Shown here one piece after another: positions 8,981-18,057 of a stretch of 64,000 bases of DNA. The notes under the pieces were generated by a model. The model saw only the letters and a program-made list of their open reading frames with translations. It was not told the DNA's origin and did no database searches. Origin of the DNA: an uncultured Thermoplasmatales archaeon. Its GTDB lineage: Archaea > Thermoplasmatota > E2 > DHVEG-1. Where the stretch lies: contig CAZGIV010000001.1 of the NCBI GenBank assembly GCA_964526175.1, positions 882 through 64,881 on the forward strand, written 5' to 3'. A program made the translations under genes and the position numbers. Each line of letters opens with the position of its first letter. Position 1 is the first letter of the stretch.

Positions 8981-9385
8981 TTACCGGTTCTTTTTAGGAG
9001 AAACAACGATTGATTTTCCACTTTTATTAACTGTTTTCGTTGCGAGGATATCTATGCCAATATGAGCAGCATTTTTAATGAGAATCTGCCCACATTTGAC
9101 AGGAGCCTCAATCGTTGTTTTTTGTAGTTCTTTTAACAAAGAAAAAATTTTTTCTTTAGGGACCGGCTGAGAGCTTTTCACACTCACCAGTGGCCATTCA
9201 CCATGCTTTAAGAGCAACGATGTCGTCAGCAATCGCCTCGGATCAAAAACCTCATTTCTTGCGTATTCCACCCCTTTTTTACATTTATTACCTTTTAAAG
9301 TTTCTACCTGTGTTCCATCTGAACGAACCAAAATTTTGCATCCTAATGGACACACAATACAGGTAATTTCTCTCTCAGTGGTCAC
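8981..9385 (-). CDS. DUF1667-family small Cys-rich protein, third gene of the GlpA-like oxidoreductase operon
   Basis: MTTEREITCIVCPLGCKILV...GNKCKKGVEYA...LLTTSLLLKHGEWPLVSVKSSQPVPKEKIF...EAPVKCGQ matches the conserved DUF1667 pattern. Start overlaps the upstream gene. Confidence 0.5.
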   Translation of the reverse strand: MTTEREITCIVCPLGCKILVRSDGTQVETLKGNKCKKGVEYARNEVFDPRRLLTTSLLLKHGEWPLVSVKSSQPVPKEKIFSLLKELQKTTIEAPVKCGQILIKNAAHIGIDILATKTVNKSGKSIVVSPKKNR

Positions 9386-10643
9386 TAATAATCACCTCGA
9401 TATTTTTACCAGACGTTATTACATCCTCTGGAATAGGAACATCAACGCTGATTAGATTCACTGGATTTATCCATGGGAGTTTTTTCTTCATCAGTTCTCT
9501 TGACCCTGAAAGTACTCGGAGTACCGCAACGTTACTTGGTCGCTGAACTCGTAATGTGAAACGTACGATACCGCCTTCGTTCACCTCTTGAGGAACAACG
9601 GATCTCACCGAAGCCCCAGCAATGACGTTCACACCGTGTGGTTTGGTTTTTCGGATGGCTGTGTTATGCGTTTGGACAACACGTATCGCTGCGTATCCTC
9701 CAGCTCGCTTTGCATCGACAGCTAGCATATCTACTGTGTCATAGACCTGAAGACTGTTTCCACAAGCAAATACACCAGGTAGCGTTGTCTCCAACCATTG
9801 ATTAACGACCGGTCCACCGGTACGATCATCAATTTCAATTCCAACCCTCTTTGCAAGTTCATTCTCTGGAATAAGACCAAGTGAGAGAAGAAGAGTATCA
9901 CACGAAATTTGTTTTTCAGTACCTGGAATTGGTATCCTTTGGTCATCAACCTGCTGGATAGTCACATGTTCTACACGTTCATTTCCCCCGATAGAAGTAA
10001 TAGTATGATTCAGAAAGAGCGGGATACCGTAATCATCTAAACATTGAACAATGTTTCTTGGTAGACCACTTGCATAAGGTAAGAGCTCTGCAACTGCTAA
10101 CACGTTTGCGTCTTCCAAAGTTAGTCGTCTTGCCATGATGAGTCCAACATCACCAGACCCAAGGATAACGATATTTTTCCCAGGCATGATATTATATAGG
10201 TTGATCAATGCCTGTGCTACACCGGCGGTATAGATACCGCTGGGTCGTGTACCAGGGATAAGTGCATGCCATCTTGTTTTTTCACGACAACCAGTTGCAA
10301 GAACAATAGCTCCTGCTCTGATTGTATATATATCTTTTTTATTAACAGCGATGATTTCTAAGTTCTTCTCAAATCGTAATACCATGGTTTCGGTCATGAA
10401 CCGTATTGCTTGCTGCATTCCCTTCTGGATATAGTTCTCGGCGTATTCGGGTCCAGTCATTGAAGTTCCTGTTTCCTCGACTCCAAACCCATCATGAATG
10501 CATTGTGGGAGAATACCACCAAGCCAACTATTTCTGTCTAGGACAAGAACACTTTCTGCCCCATGTTGTTTAGCAGATACAGCAGCGGCAAGACCTGCAG
10601 GTCCACCACCTATCACAACAACATCGAATCGCTCATTTATCAT
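9375..10643 (-). CDS. FAD/NAD(P)-binding pyridine-nucleotide-disulfide-type oxidoreductase, middle gene of the GlpA-like set
   Basis: N-terminal VVVIGGGPAGLAAAV dinucleotide fold. Second Rossmann ILGSGDVGLIMARRL. Overlaps both neighbouring genes. Confidence 0.55.
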   Translation of the reverse strand: MINERFDVVVIGGGPAGLAAAVSAKQHGAESVLVLDRNSWLGGILPQCIHDGFGVEETGTSMTGPEYAENYIQKGMQQAIRFMTETMVLRFEKNLEIIAVNKKDIYTIRAGAIVLATGCREKTRWHALIPGTRPSGIYTAGVAQALINLYNIMPGKNIVILGSGDVGLIMARRLTLEDANVLAVAELLPYASGLPRNIVQCLDDYGIPLFLNHTITSIGGNERVEHVTIQQVDDQRIPIPGTEKQISCDTLLLSLGLIPENELAKRVGIEIDDRTGGPVVNQWLETTLPGVFACGNSLQVYDTVDMLAVDAKRAGGYAAIRVVQTHNTAIRKTKPHGVNVIAGASVRSVVPQEVNEGGIVRFTLRVQRPSNVAVLRVLSGSRELMKKKLPWINPVNLISVDVPIPEDVITSGKNIEVIISDH

Positions 10644-12123
10644 TTGTATCCGTCCGAGTGTTACCTGTGAAGAGATTTGAGTTCGGTGAATGCATTTTTA
10701 ATTTTGTTACATCCATGTGAAATTGTTCGATCATAATCCTAGTAATATGTTGAGTACAAAAACCGCCTTGGCATCGTCCCATTCCTGCTCGACACCGATA
10801 TTTTACTGCAGAAAGGGTCTGCGCCCCCAATGGGTTTGAAAGCGCCTCAATGACTTCAGCCTCAGTTACATGTTCACATCGGCATATAATTCTTCCCCAT
10901 CGCTCGTCCTTTTTAATCAAAATGGATTGTTGTTCTACAGACAGCTCAGAGAATCGTGTTCTTCTCACTTTTTTTGGTTTGTAATTCTTTTTTTGTTCTA
11001 ATTTAATATGCTGAGAAATCATCGTTGTGACTTCTTTTGCAATAGCAGGGGCTGCCGTCAAGCCAGGTGATTCAATACCTAATAGGTGTATCAAATTAGG
11101 GTTTTGTTTGCTTTCTTCAATCCTAAAATCCATCCATCCCCCTGATTCGGGGGGCGCAAGTTTACAACGAATTCCTGAATAGGCATTGATAACCCCGTTT
11201 TCGGGTAACACGGGTATAATTTCTTTTGCTTCTTTAAGCAACGTCTTCATCTTTTCCCTAGTGGTTCGCTTATCCTCTGGGTCATCGATAAACTCTGCGC
11301 TGGGACCAAGGAGAATGTTTCCCTCGATGGTCGGGGTGATGTGAACACCCAAGACACCTAGTTCTTTTACCGGTACTGGATAAATCATCGAAGTGACCAG
11401 TGAACCATAATTCTTATCCAGGACCAGATACTCGCCTCGACAAGGATACACCTGGAAATCTGGTTTGTCTATAAAAGAAAAAATCTTTCTACAATTTAGA
11501 CCAGCGGCATTAACGACAACATCTGCCTGAAAGGCACCTCGGTTTGTCCCTATTAAAAAACGATTGTCATGTTGTTGCTTTAGACTGTTGACGGTTGTCT
11601 TAAGCAGAAATTTTATTCCATTTTCTGCAGCATGCTCAGCAAGTGCTATCGTGAGCTGATACGGGAGGACGATACCTGCAGTTGGTACCCATAATGCTGC
11701 AACGCAGGAAACATTCTGTTCTTTCTTTTTTACTTCGGATCCATCGACGATCTTTAGACCGGGTACACCGTTTTGAAGACCAATGTTTCTCAAACGTTCG
11801 AGTTCTTTGATTTCATTGTCGTTTTTCGCTATTACAAATTTTCCAATCCGTTTCAATGGAACTCCTAGTTCGTTTGTCAGTGTGGAGAACATGGTGTTCC
11901 CTTCAACACAAAAACGAGCTTTAAGAGATTGAGGCGGAGAATTAATACCGCTGTGGATAACACCGCTGTTTGCTTTACTGGTACCAGATGTAACATCGGT
12001 TCCTGCTTCAAAAACTACCGCATTTATCCTATACTTCGAAAGATTCCATGCGAGAGCTGAACCGATGACGCCACCGCCAATGATAGCAACCTGAAAATGT
12101 TTCATTTGCTGGAGAACAACCAT
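10633..12123 (-). CDS. GlpA-like FAD-dependent oxidoreductase (anaerobic glycerol-3-phosphate or 2-hydroxyacid dehydrogenase-like) with a C-terminal BFD-like [2Fe-2S] domain
   Basis: N-terminal VAIIGGGVIGSALAWNL FAD fold. C-terminal CRCEHVTEAEV...CRAGMGRCQGGFC (BFD-like 2Fe-2S). Confidence 0.55.
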   Translation of the reverse strand: MVVLQQMKHFQVAIIGGGVIGSALAWNLSKYRINAVVFEAGTDVTSGTSKANSGVIHSGINSPPQSLKARFCVEGNTMFSTLTNELGVPLKRIGKFVIAKNDNEIKELERLRNIGLQNGVPGLKIVDGSEVKKKEQNVSCVAALWVPTAGIVLPYQLTIALAEHAAENGIKFLLKTTVNSLKQQHDNRFLIGTNRGAFQADVVVNAAGLNCRKIFSFIDKPDFQVYPCRGEYLVLDKNYGSLVTSMIYPVPVKELGVLGVHITPTIEGNILLGPSAEFIDDPEDKRTTREKMKTLLKEAKEIIPVLPENGVINAYSGIRCKLAPPESGGWMDFRIEESKQNPNLIHLLGIESPGLTAAPAIAKEVTTMISQHIKLEQKKNYKPKKVRRTRFSELSVEQQSILIKKDERWGRIICRCEHVTEAEVIEALSNPLGAQTLSAVKYRCRAGMGRCQGGFCTQHITRIMIEQFHMDVTKLKMHSPNSNLFTGNTRTDTNDK

Positions 12124-12206
12124 GAATTATTTAAATATATTAGGCATAGAGTTTTTGAGGTACCAACTCCTTTTATGAAAGGAATGATAACTCAAAATAC
12201 TAAACG

Positions 12207-13475
12207 GTGAATTCCATGCATGTCGACATTCCATATGGGGAAGAAAAAGTCAAAGTGCATATCCCTGAACCGTATGAAATACTAGTTCCAAAAAAAGTGA
12301 AAATTAAAAACCAAAATGAAATTATTACGCAAGCGTTGAAACATCCTATCGGGAAAAAATCTTTTGAGGAATTTACTACAAACGCGAAGCGATTACTTGT
12401 CATCGTAAACGATGCGACACGACCAACCCCCACCGCTAAAATCCTTGAATCTATCTTCCCGGTTCTTTCCAATCACCCTGATGTTAAGTTCCTTGTTGCA
12501 ACAGGTGTCCATCGAGCCCCTACTCCTGAAGAATATCGGTTTATCTTTGGCAAGTTCTATGATACGTTCAAAGACCGGATATCTGCACATAACGCACGAA
12601 AAGAAGCTGATATGAAATATCTCGGGCGGTCAACGAATGGAACAGAGATGTATATCAACAAGATGGTCTCTGAGAGTGGAGCCGTTCTAGTAATTGGGAG
12701 TGTTGAACCCCATTATTTCGCAGGTTACACAGGCGGAAGAAAATCGTTTCTCCCTGGCGTCGCTTCCTATCGAACCATAGAGATGAACCATAAACTCGCT
12801 TTAAGTTCCCATGCATGTTCTCTTGCCTTGGAGGGCAATCCGGTTCATGAGGACATGGTAGATGCGATGAATGTGCTAAAGGATGTCGATGTTTTTTCCA
12901 TCCAAACAGTCCTAACGGGAGATCATAAAATCTATGCGGTGACCACCGGTGATTTACTGAAATCATTTGACGAAGCTATTCGCTATGCAAACGAGGTGTT
13001 TTGTGTTCCATTAGAAAAAAAAGGAAATATTGTCATAACGGTCGCCCCATATCCTATGGATATCGATCTCTATCAATCTCAAAAAGCGTTAGACAATGGG
13101 AAATTAGCGCTGGAAGACGATGGCATCATTCTGCTTGTATCAAAATGTCGGATGGGCGTAGGAGAAGAAGCATTTTTAGATCTTCTCTGCAAAGCAGGGA
13201 CACCACAAGAGGTACTAAAGATACTTGATGATGAATACAAACTTGGATACCATAAAGCTGCGAAAATGGCGCAGATTGGTGCACATGCTCATATGTGGGC
13301 TGTTACCGATCTTGATGATAATATTGTAAAAAAAGCGATGTTGAAGCCGTACCGAAACATACAGGAAGCAGTGGATGATGCGGTTAAAACCATAAAAGCA
13401 AAAGGGAGACAACCAAGAGTTGTAATAATGCCTTCCGGTAGCCTAACTATTCCATTCATAAAAGGAGGAAAATAA
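12207..13475 (+). CDS. larA: LarA-family (DUF2088) nickel-pincer-nucleotide-dependent 2-hydroxyacid (lactate) racemase-like protein
   Basis: About 420 aa. N-terminal ...IPYGEEKVKV.... Conserved VATGVHRAPTPEE and VEPHYFAGYTGGRKSFLPG...NH motifs recalled from LarA. No larBCE genes in the window. Confidence 0.45.
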   Translation: MNSMHVDIPYGEEKVKVHIPEPYEILVPKKVKIKNQNEIITQALKHPIGKKSFEEFTTNAKRLLVIVNDATRPTPTAKILESIFPVLSNHPDVKFLVATGVHRAPTPEEYRFIFGKFYDTFKDRISAHNARKEADMKYLGRSTNGTEMYINKMVSESGAVLVIGSVEPHYFAGYTGGRKSFLPGVASYRTIEMNHKLALSSHACSLALEGNPVHEDMVDAMNVLKDVDVFSIQTVLTGDHKIYAVTTGDLLKSFDEAIRYANEVFCVPLEKKGNIVITVAPYPMDIDLYQSQKALDNGKLALEDDGIILLVSKCRMGVGEEAFLDLLCKAGTPQEVLKILDDEYKLGYHKAAKMAQIGAHAHMWAVTDLDDNIVKKAMLKPYRNIQEAVDDAVKTIKAKGRQPRVVIMPSGSLTIPFIKGGK

Positions 13476-14684
13476 ATGGATTTCACATGGACTGAGGAGC
13501 AAGAACTTTGGAGGAAGACGGTACGGGAGTTCGCTCAGAAAAAGATTACACCCAAGGTTCGAGAGACTGATACCAATAAAAAAATCCCTGAACAGCTCAT
13601 TAAAGATATGGCACAGCTAGGATTACTTGCTCCGACCGTTTCAAAAGAATATGGGGGAGCTGATATTGATTGGACGATGGCATGTATCGCTGCGGAGGAG
13701 CTCGGACGTGCAGATATTAGCCTTGCCATTCCTGTACTATACCTCGTTGAATCAGCATGGGGCTATATCTTCAGTCGATATGGGACGCCTGAAGCAAAAG
13801 CGGAGTATCTCCCGCGAATAACATCTGGTGATGCGTTTTGTGGCATCGCGGTCACAGAAGCTCAGGGAGGTTCAGATATCGTTGGTGCGACCAAAACACA
13901 AGCTGAGAAAAAAGATGACCACTGGGTGTTAAATGGGGAGAAGATGTTTATTAGCGGTGTCTCTGAGTCAAAAAACTGGGGTGGTGTTCACCTAACCCTC
14001 GCTTGGACTGAGAAATCCAAAGGCCATAAAGGTTTTTCTTTCTTCGCAGTACCATTGAAAGATACCCCAGGTATTGAACCAACATTGTTAGAAGACATGG
14101 GGCGCATGGGTATCTCTACTGGTGGTTTTTCCATGGACGATGTAAAACTACCAAATCAGTATCTGATCGGAGAACAGAATAAAGGTTTTTATTACGCCAT
14201 GGATGGGTTCAATGCCGCTCGTGTTCTTATTGGTGCTACGTGTGTTGGTGCTGCAGAGGCAGCACTCGAACTTGGGAAAGACCACATCAAAACACGGAGG
14301 TCTTTCAGTCGTCCTCTTGCCACGTTTGAGGGGATACAATTTCCCTTGGTAGAGCACTATTGTAATATTGAAAGTGTGAAACTCCTTGCGTATAAAGCTG
14401 CATGGACAATGGATAAGATGTACAAGGAAAGCAAATGTACTCACCACGATGTTGCGCTTGCAGCAGCGATGTGTAAGCTTCTTGCCCCCATTCATGCATT
14501 CGATGTGATGAATGAGGTAGCGGACTGGCTTGGAGCTACAGGATATACCAAGGAGTATCCCATCGAGATGGGCATAAGGGGCGTCAGATCATATTCTATT
14601 GGTGCCGAGGGTACTATGAATATCATGAGAATCATTATCGCAAGAGAACTCTTAGGGAAAGAGTTTCTACCATACAAACAATGA
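13476..14684 (+). CDS. Acyl-CoA dehydrogenase family flavoprotein
   Basis: N-terminal MDFTWTEEQELWRKTVREFA..., the central FAD/substrate domain, and the C-terminal ...GVRSYSIGAEGTMNIMRIIIARELLG are typical of the ACAD fold. Confidence 0.7.
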   Translation: MDFTWTEEQELWRKTVREFAQKKITPKVRETDTNKKIPEQLIKDMAQLGLLAPTVSKEYGGADIDWTMACIAAEELGRADISLAIPVLYLVESAWGYIFSRYGTPEAKAEYLPRITSGDAFCGIAVTEAQGGSDIVGATKTQAEKKDDHWVLNGEKMFISGVSESKNWGGVHLTLAWTEKSKGHKGFSFFAVPLKDTPGIEPTLLEDMGRMGISTGGFSMDDVKLPNQYLIGEQNKGFYYAMDGFNAARVLIGATCVGAAEAALELGKDHIKTRRSFSRPLATFEGIQFPLVEHYCNIESVKLLAYKAAWTMDKMYKESKCTHHDVALAAAMCKLLAPIHAFDVMNEVADWLGATGYTKEYPIEMGIRGVRSYSIGAEGTMNIMRIIIARELLGKEFLPYKQ

Positions 14685-14723
14685 GTGCCATCGATGTCGG
14701 TCTATTAGAAAAGTGAGCATTTA

Positions 14724-14900
14724 TTATTGTTTAACATACATCGTTTGAATGTTGACAAATTCTTTTATTCCATGATGAGATAGCTCCCGACCATATCCTG
14801 AGTTTTTAATCCCTCCGAAAGGTACCCGGGGATTAGATTTTACGATCTCATTGACAAACACGCCACCAGATTGAATGCTTTTTGCTAGGTCCTTGCCTTG
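14724..14900 (-). pseudogene. Remnant of an aldehyde dehydrogenase gene (C-terminal ~58 codons only)
   Basis: Minus-strand translation gives ...AKSIQSGGVFVNEIVKSNPRVPFGGIKNSGYGRELSHHGIKEFVNIQTMYVKQ-stop. This is the canonical ALDH C-terminus (PFGG-x-K-x-SG-x-GRE). The frame is closed by an upstream TGA and no N-terminal ALDH sequence follows. Confidence 0.55.
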
Positions 14901-15170
14901 TCAGACCTCTTTTGATATCAATCTACGTTAAAACATCAAGGAAGAAGTATCAGTAACGGAAAAGTCATCTATATAACCGTAGATACTCCTGCAACACGTA
15001 TGTGGAGTATGATATTGTTTACCATAACAGAGCGTTCAGTATTTCGTCATTTTTTTGATTTTATTGAACATGGCAGTAGAGAAATTAATTGTCAAATGTT
15101 CAACGGAATATAGATAGAAAAACCTATAGAATAAAAATTCATATCAGGGTCACAGAAAAGGTGAAACCAG

Positions 15171-16031
15171 ATGAATAAGACGCGTATAGAAACCGGTATT
15201 ATCACACTTATTAAGAAAGCAGAAACGGAGTTACCAAAGGATGTTATAACGGCGTTGAAACATGCTTACGAAGTCGAGGAGGGTATTGCAAAAATACAGA
15301 TTGAAACTATACTGAAAACTGTAGAGTTAGCAAAAAAATCAGGACGCCCGATGTGCCAGGATACCGGTACTCAAACGTTCTTTGTACGTGTTGGTAATGA
15401 TTCCCCATTCATTACTACAATAAAAAAACTGATAATCGATGGTGTGAAGCAAGCCACCCTTGAGATTCCTCTCCGCCCAAACACGGTTGATCCCTTTACG
15501 GGAAAAAATCATGGGGATAACACCGGTGATGGTATTCCCTCTATTACGTGGGATATTTATGAAGGAAACGAGATACAAATAACGGCTCTTCCCAAAGGCG
15601 GTGGGAGTGAAAATATGAGTAAACTGGGAATGCTAAAACCTGGCGTTGGTATCGAAGGAGTTAAGAAATTTGTCGTTGACGAAATGATCAAAGCAGGAGG
15701 GAACCCCTGCCCACCGACCGTAGTTGGCATTGGTATCGGTGGTGGTGCTGATGTCTCAATGAAGCTTGCGAAAACAGCTCTTCTTAGACCGATTGGGAAA
15801 CGGCATCAGGAACAAATCATTGCTGACATCGAAAGAGAATTAATTGAAAGAATAAACAAAAGCGGTATCGGCCCAATGGGCTTGGGGGGAAAAACTACCG
15901 TCCTTGACGTCCACATTGAAAAAGCACATCGACATCCAGCAAGCCTCCCTGTTGGAATTGCAGTACAATGTTGGGCTGATCGACGTTCAACCATGGTGAT
16001 TCATGCCGATGGAACTTGGGAGGTGCAATAA
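15171..16031 (+). CDS. fumA: Class I (Fe-S) fumarate hydratase / tartrate dehydratase alpha subunit
   Basis: Signature MCQDTGTQTFF. Length and arrangement match the alpha subunit followed by the beta subunit. SD aaaaGGTGAaaccagATG. Confidence 0.7.
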   Translation: MNKTRIETGIITLIKKAETELPKDVITALKHAYEVEEGIAKIQIETILKTVELAKKSGRPMCQDTGTQTFFVRVGNDSPFITTIKKLIIDGVKQATLEIPLRPNTVDPFTGKNHGDNTGDGIPSITWDIYEGNEIQITALPKGGGSENMSKLGMLKPGVGIEGVKKFVVDEMIKAGGNPCPPTVVGIGIGGGADVSMKLAKTALLRPIGKRHQEQIIADIERELIERINKSGIGPMGLGGKTTVLDVHIEKAHRHPASLPVGIAVQCWADRRSTMVIHADGTWEVQ

Positions 16032-16577
16032 ATGGAATATCATCTTACTATACCGGTCTCATCTGAAACCATAAAAAAATTACATATTGGGGACATTATC
16101 TATATCACAGGGAATATTTTCACTGCACGGGACGAAGCTCATAAAACCTTACTTGAGAAAGAAAAAAACACGCTCCCGTTCAACCCCTCAGAGATGGCAC
16201 TGTATCATTGTGGACCACTTATGAAAAAAATAAAGAACGGTTGGCAGGTTGTCTCAGCTGGACCTACTACAAGTGGGAGGATGGAGCTCTTCGAAGATAA
16301 GTTTATAGAAAAATTTGGGGTAAATATTATTATCGGAAAGGGGGGCATGGGCGAAAGAACCATGAAGGCATTACAGAAGTACAGTGCGGTCTACACCACG
16401 TACACTGGAGGTGCAGGTGCTTTAGCAGCGGAACTCATCGAAGAAACACCAATGGTGTATTGGCTTGAAGAATTCGGGATGCCAGAAGCAGTCTGGATTT
16501 TTAAAGTAAAAGATTTCGGCCCACTCATCGTTGCTATGGATGCCTATGGGAAATCACTATATAGACAACCGGAATAG
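16032..16577 (+). CDS. fumB: Class I fumarate hydratase beta subunit
   Basis: Immediately follows fumA with a one-nt spacer. Conserved ...IIIGKGGMGERT...YTGGAGALAAE... beta-region features. Confidence 0.65.
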   Translation: MEYHLTIPVSSETIKKLHIGDIIYITGNIFTARDEAHKTLLEKEKNTLPFNPSEMALYHCGPLMKKIKNGWQVVSAGPTTSGRMELFEDKFIEKFGVNIIIGKGGMGERTMKALQKYSAVYTTYTGGAGALAAELIEETPMVYWLEEFGMPEAVWIFKVKDFGPLIVAMDAYGKSLYRQPE

Positions 16578-16592
16578 GCACAATTTGGGATA

Positions 16593-16820
16593 TTAATGTT
16601 CTATTTCAAATGATATTTTCATTTCAGCGCGGTACAACGCCAATGTATCATTTTCTATCTTTACATCAAATTTTGTGACCTCTGCTCGTCGTATCTTTCG
16701 TACGGTTTTTGTTGCTTCGATTACGGCGTTTTTTGCTGCGTCTGAAAAGCTTTTTGATGATGTGCCAATAATATCTATTATCTTATATACGACCATTTTA
16801 TAAAGCTCCTTTGTAATCAA
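16593..16820 (-). CDS. Dodecin (small flavin-binding/storage protein). The likely true start is the internal Met, giving a 67-aa product (16593-16796).
   Basis: ...MVVYKIIDIIGTSSKSFSDAAKNAVIEATKTVRKIRRAEVTKFDVKIENDTLALYRAEMKISFEIEH matches the dodecin consensus (KVIE..G.S..S...A...A...A.KT.R.I.W.EV...). Confidence 0.55.
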   Translation of the reverse strand: MITKELYKMVVYKIIDIIGTSSKSFSDAAKNAVIEATKTVRKIRRAEVTKFDVKIENDTLALYRAEMKISFEIEH

Positions 16821-16962
16821 TAGGTTTTGTACCCTACTTAACCTTTTTTATCCTGACGCATTTTTGATGTAAAACAGGTTGTGTTAGAAATATCAATGAT
16901 TCAGCTAAAATAAATAATTCACACATTAAAGAAAGGGTGATGTGGCAAATAAAACTGATCTA

Positions 16963-17397
16963 CTATTTCTTCTTTTTTTCCGCGTCTTCTATTTCTTTTT
17001 TTACCCAAGGTTCAACTTGCGTTCCATGGAAAAGGTGTGGTAACTCTTCGTTAATTTTTGAGGGTTTCACCACCATGATCCACCCTTTCCCATAAGGACT
17101 TTTATTAATCAATGTGCAATCATCTTCAAGTTCGTTATTTATCTTAACGATCTGACCAGAGATAGGCGAGACAAATTTCCCTACCCATTTGGCGGATTGG
17201 ATCTTTCCACAGGTCTCTCCTTGTGTAACCTCATCACCTTCAAAGGGGAGATCAATATAAGTAGTATCCCCTGCGCTCTTTTGATAGAAATCGTTCATTC
17301 CTATACGCGCAGTGCCATCAGATTCCATTCGTACCCATGCATGTTCCTTATGATAATAAAGCTCTTCTGGAAAGGTATACCCTTTAATTTCATTCAT
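16963..17397 (-). CDS. gcvH: Glycine-cleavage H-protein family lipoyl-carrier protein (GcvH-like), not linked to gcvT/gcvP in this window
   Basis: ...YHKEHAWVRMESDGTARIGMNDFYQKSAGDTTYIDLPFEGDEVTQGETCGKIQSAKWVGKFVSPISGQIVKINNEL...TLINKSPYGKGWIMVV matches the H-protein fold, including the lipoyl-lysine position (..QSAK..). Confidence 0.65.
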   Translation of the reverse strand: MNEIKGYTFPEELYYHKEHAWVRMESDGTARIGMNDFYQKSAGDTTYIDLPFEGDEVTQGETCGKIQSAKWVGKFVSPISGQIVKINNELEDDCTLINKSPYGKGWIMVVKPSKINEELPHLFHGTQVEPWVKKEIEDAEKKKK

Positions 17398-17470
17398 AGT
17401 TCTCAGGCCTCCATTTTTCTTCTCAGATTATCTTAAATTAATTCTATACCAATCTTCTGGTTTTTTTTTA

Positions 17471-17893
17471 TCATTTCAGTATCTTCAATGCTTCTTCCAT
17501 AAGATGTTTCGAATCAATGACTTTAATACTTGGACTATCAGTTGCATCAGCTAAAATTTTTTCAGCTTCGCTCTTTACTTCTTCAGGAGCAAGGAGTAGA
17601 ATTGGTATATTATGAATAATACCAGGGGTTAACAATTCTTTCAGAGAATTTGTAACCGTTGGATGAGGAGATACTTTATGAAAATATCCCACAATAAGGT
17701 CAATTTCGTCTGCCACCGAAATATAGGCAATGTATTTTCCTCGACCATCAGCCTTGTTACCAATCGGTAACGTTCTGTAACCTCTACATACAAGTTTAGT
17801 TAAAAACTCAGGGTCTGTTCCTTCCAAATATGCAATTGTTTTCATAATCTCCTCCGTAAGTCTACGAGTTTCATAAACAAAATGTTTTTCCAT
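17471..17893 (-). CDS. Hypothetical protein downstream of and co-oriented with sucCD
   Basis: A 140-aa ORF with no motif I can assign. The start is possibly at MKTIAYLEG. Confidence 0.3.
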   Translation of the reverse strand: MEKHFVYETRRLTEEIMKTIAYLEGTDPEFLTKLVCRGYRTLPIGNKADGRGKYIAYISVADEIDLIVGYFHKVSPHPTVTNSLKELLTPGIIHNIPILLLAPEEVKSEAEKILADATDSPSIKVIDSKHLMEEALKILK

Positions 17894-18057
17894 TATAAAA
17901 GATTATGCTTAATATTTCTTTTTCTGAAGAGAAGTTGTCGGGTATTTACCTTAGAAAAAAATTTTATCTCTTAGATATAAAATGAATATCCAATATATTA
18001 TATACAATATGTTGATAACAAACTACTTTCAAGAGCATACTTTATGAAATTCTATGA

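Noticed and set aside
10498-10680. Plus-strand 60-aa ORF rich in Pro/Ala/Cys, opposite the oxidoreductase genes
   Set aside because: It is antisense to the GGGPAG dinucleotide-fold coding region and shows the compositional mirror of the real gene.
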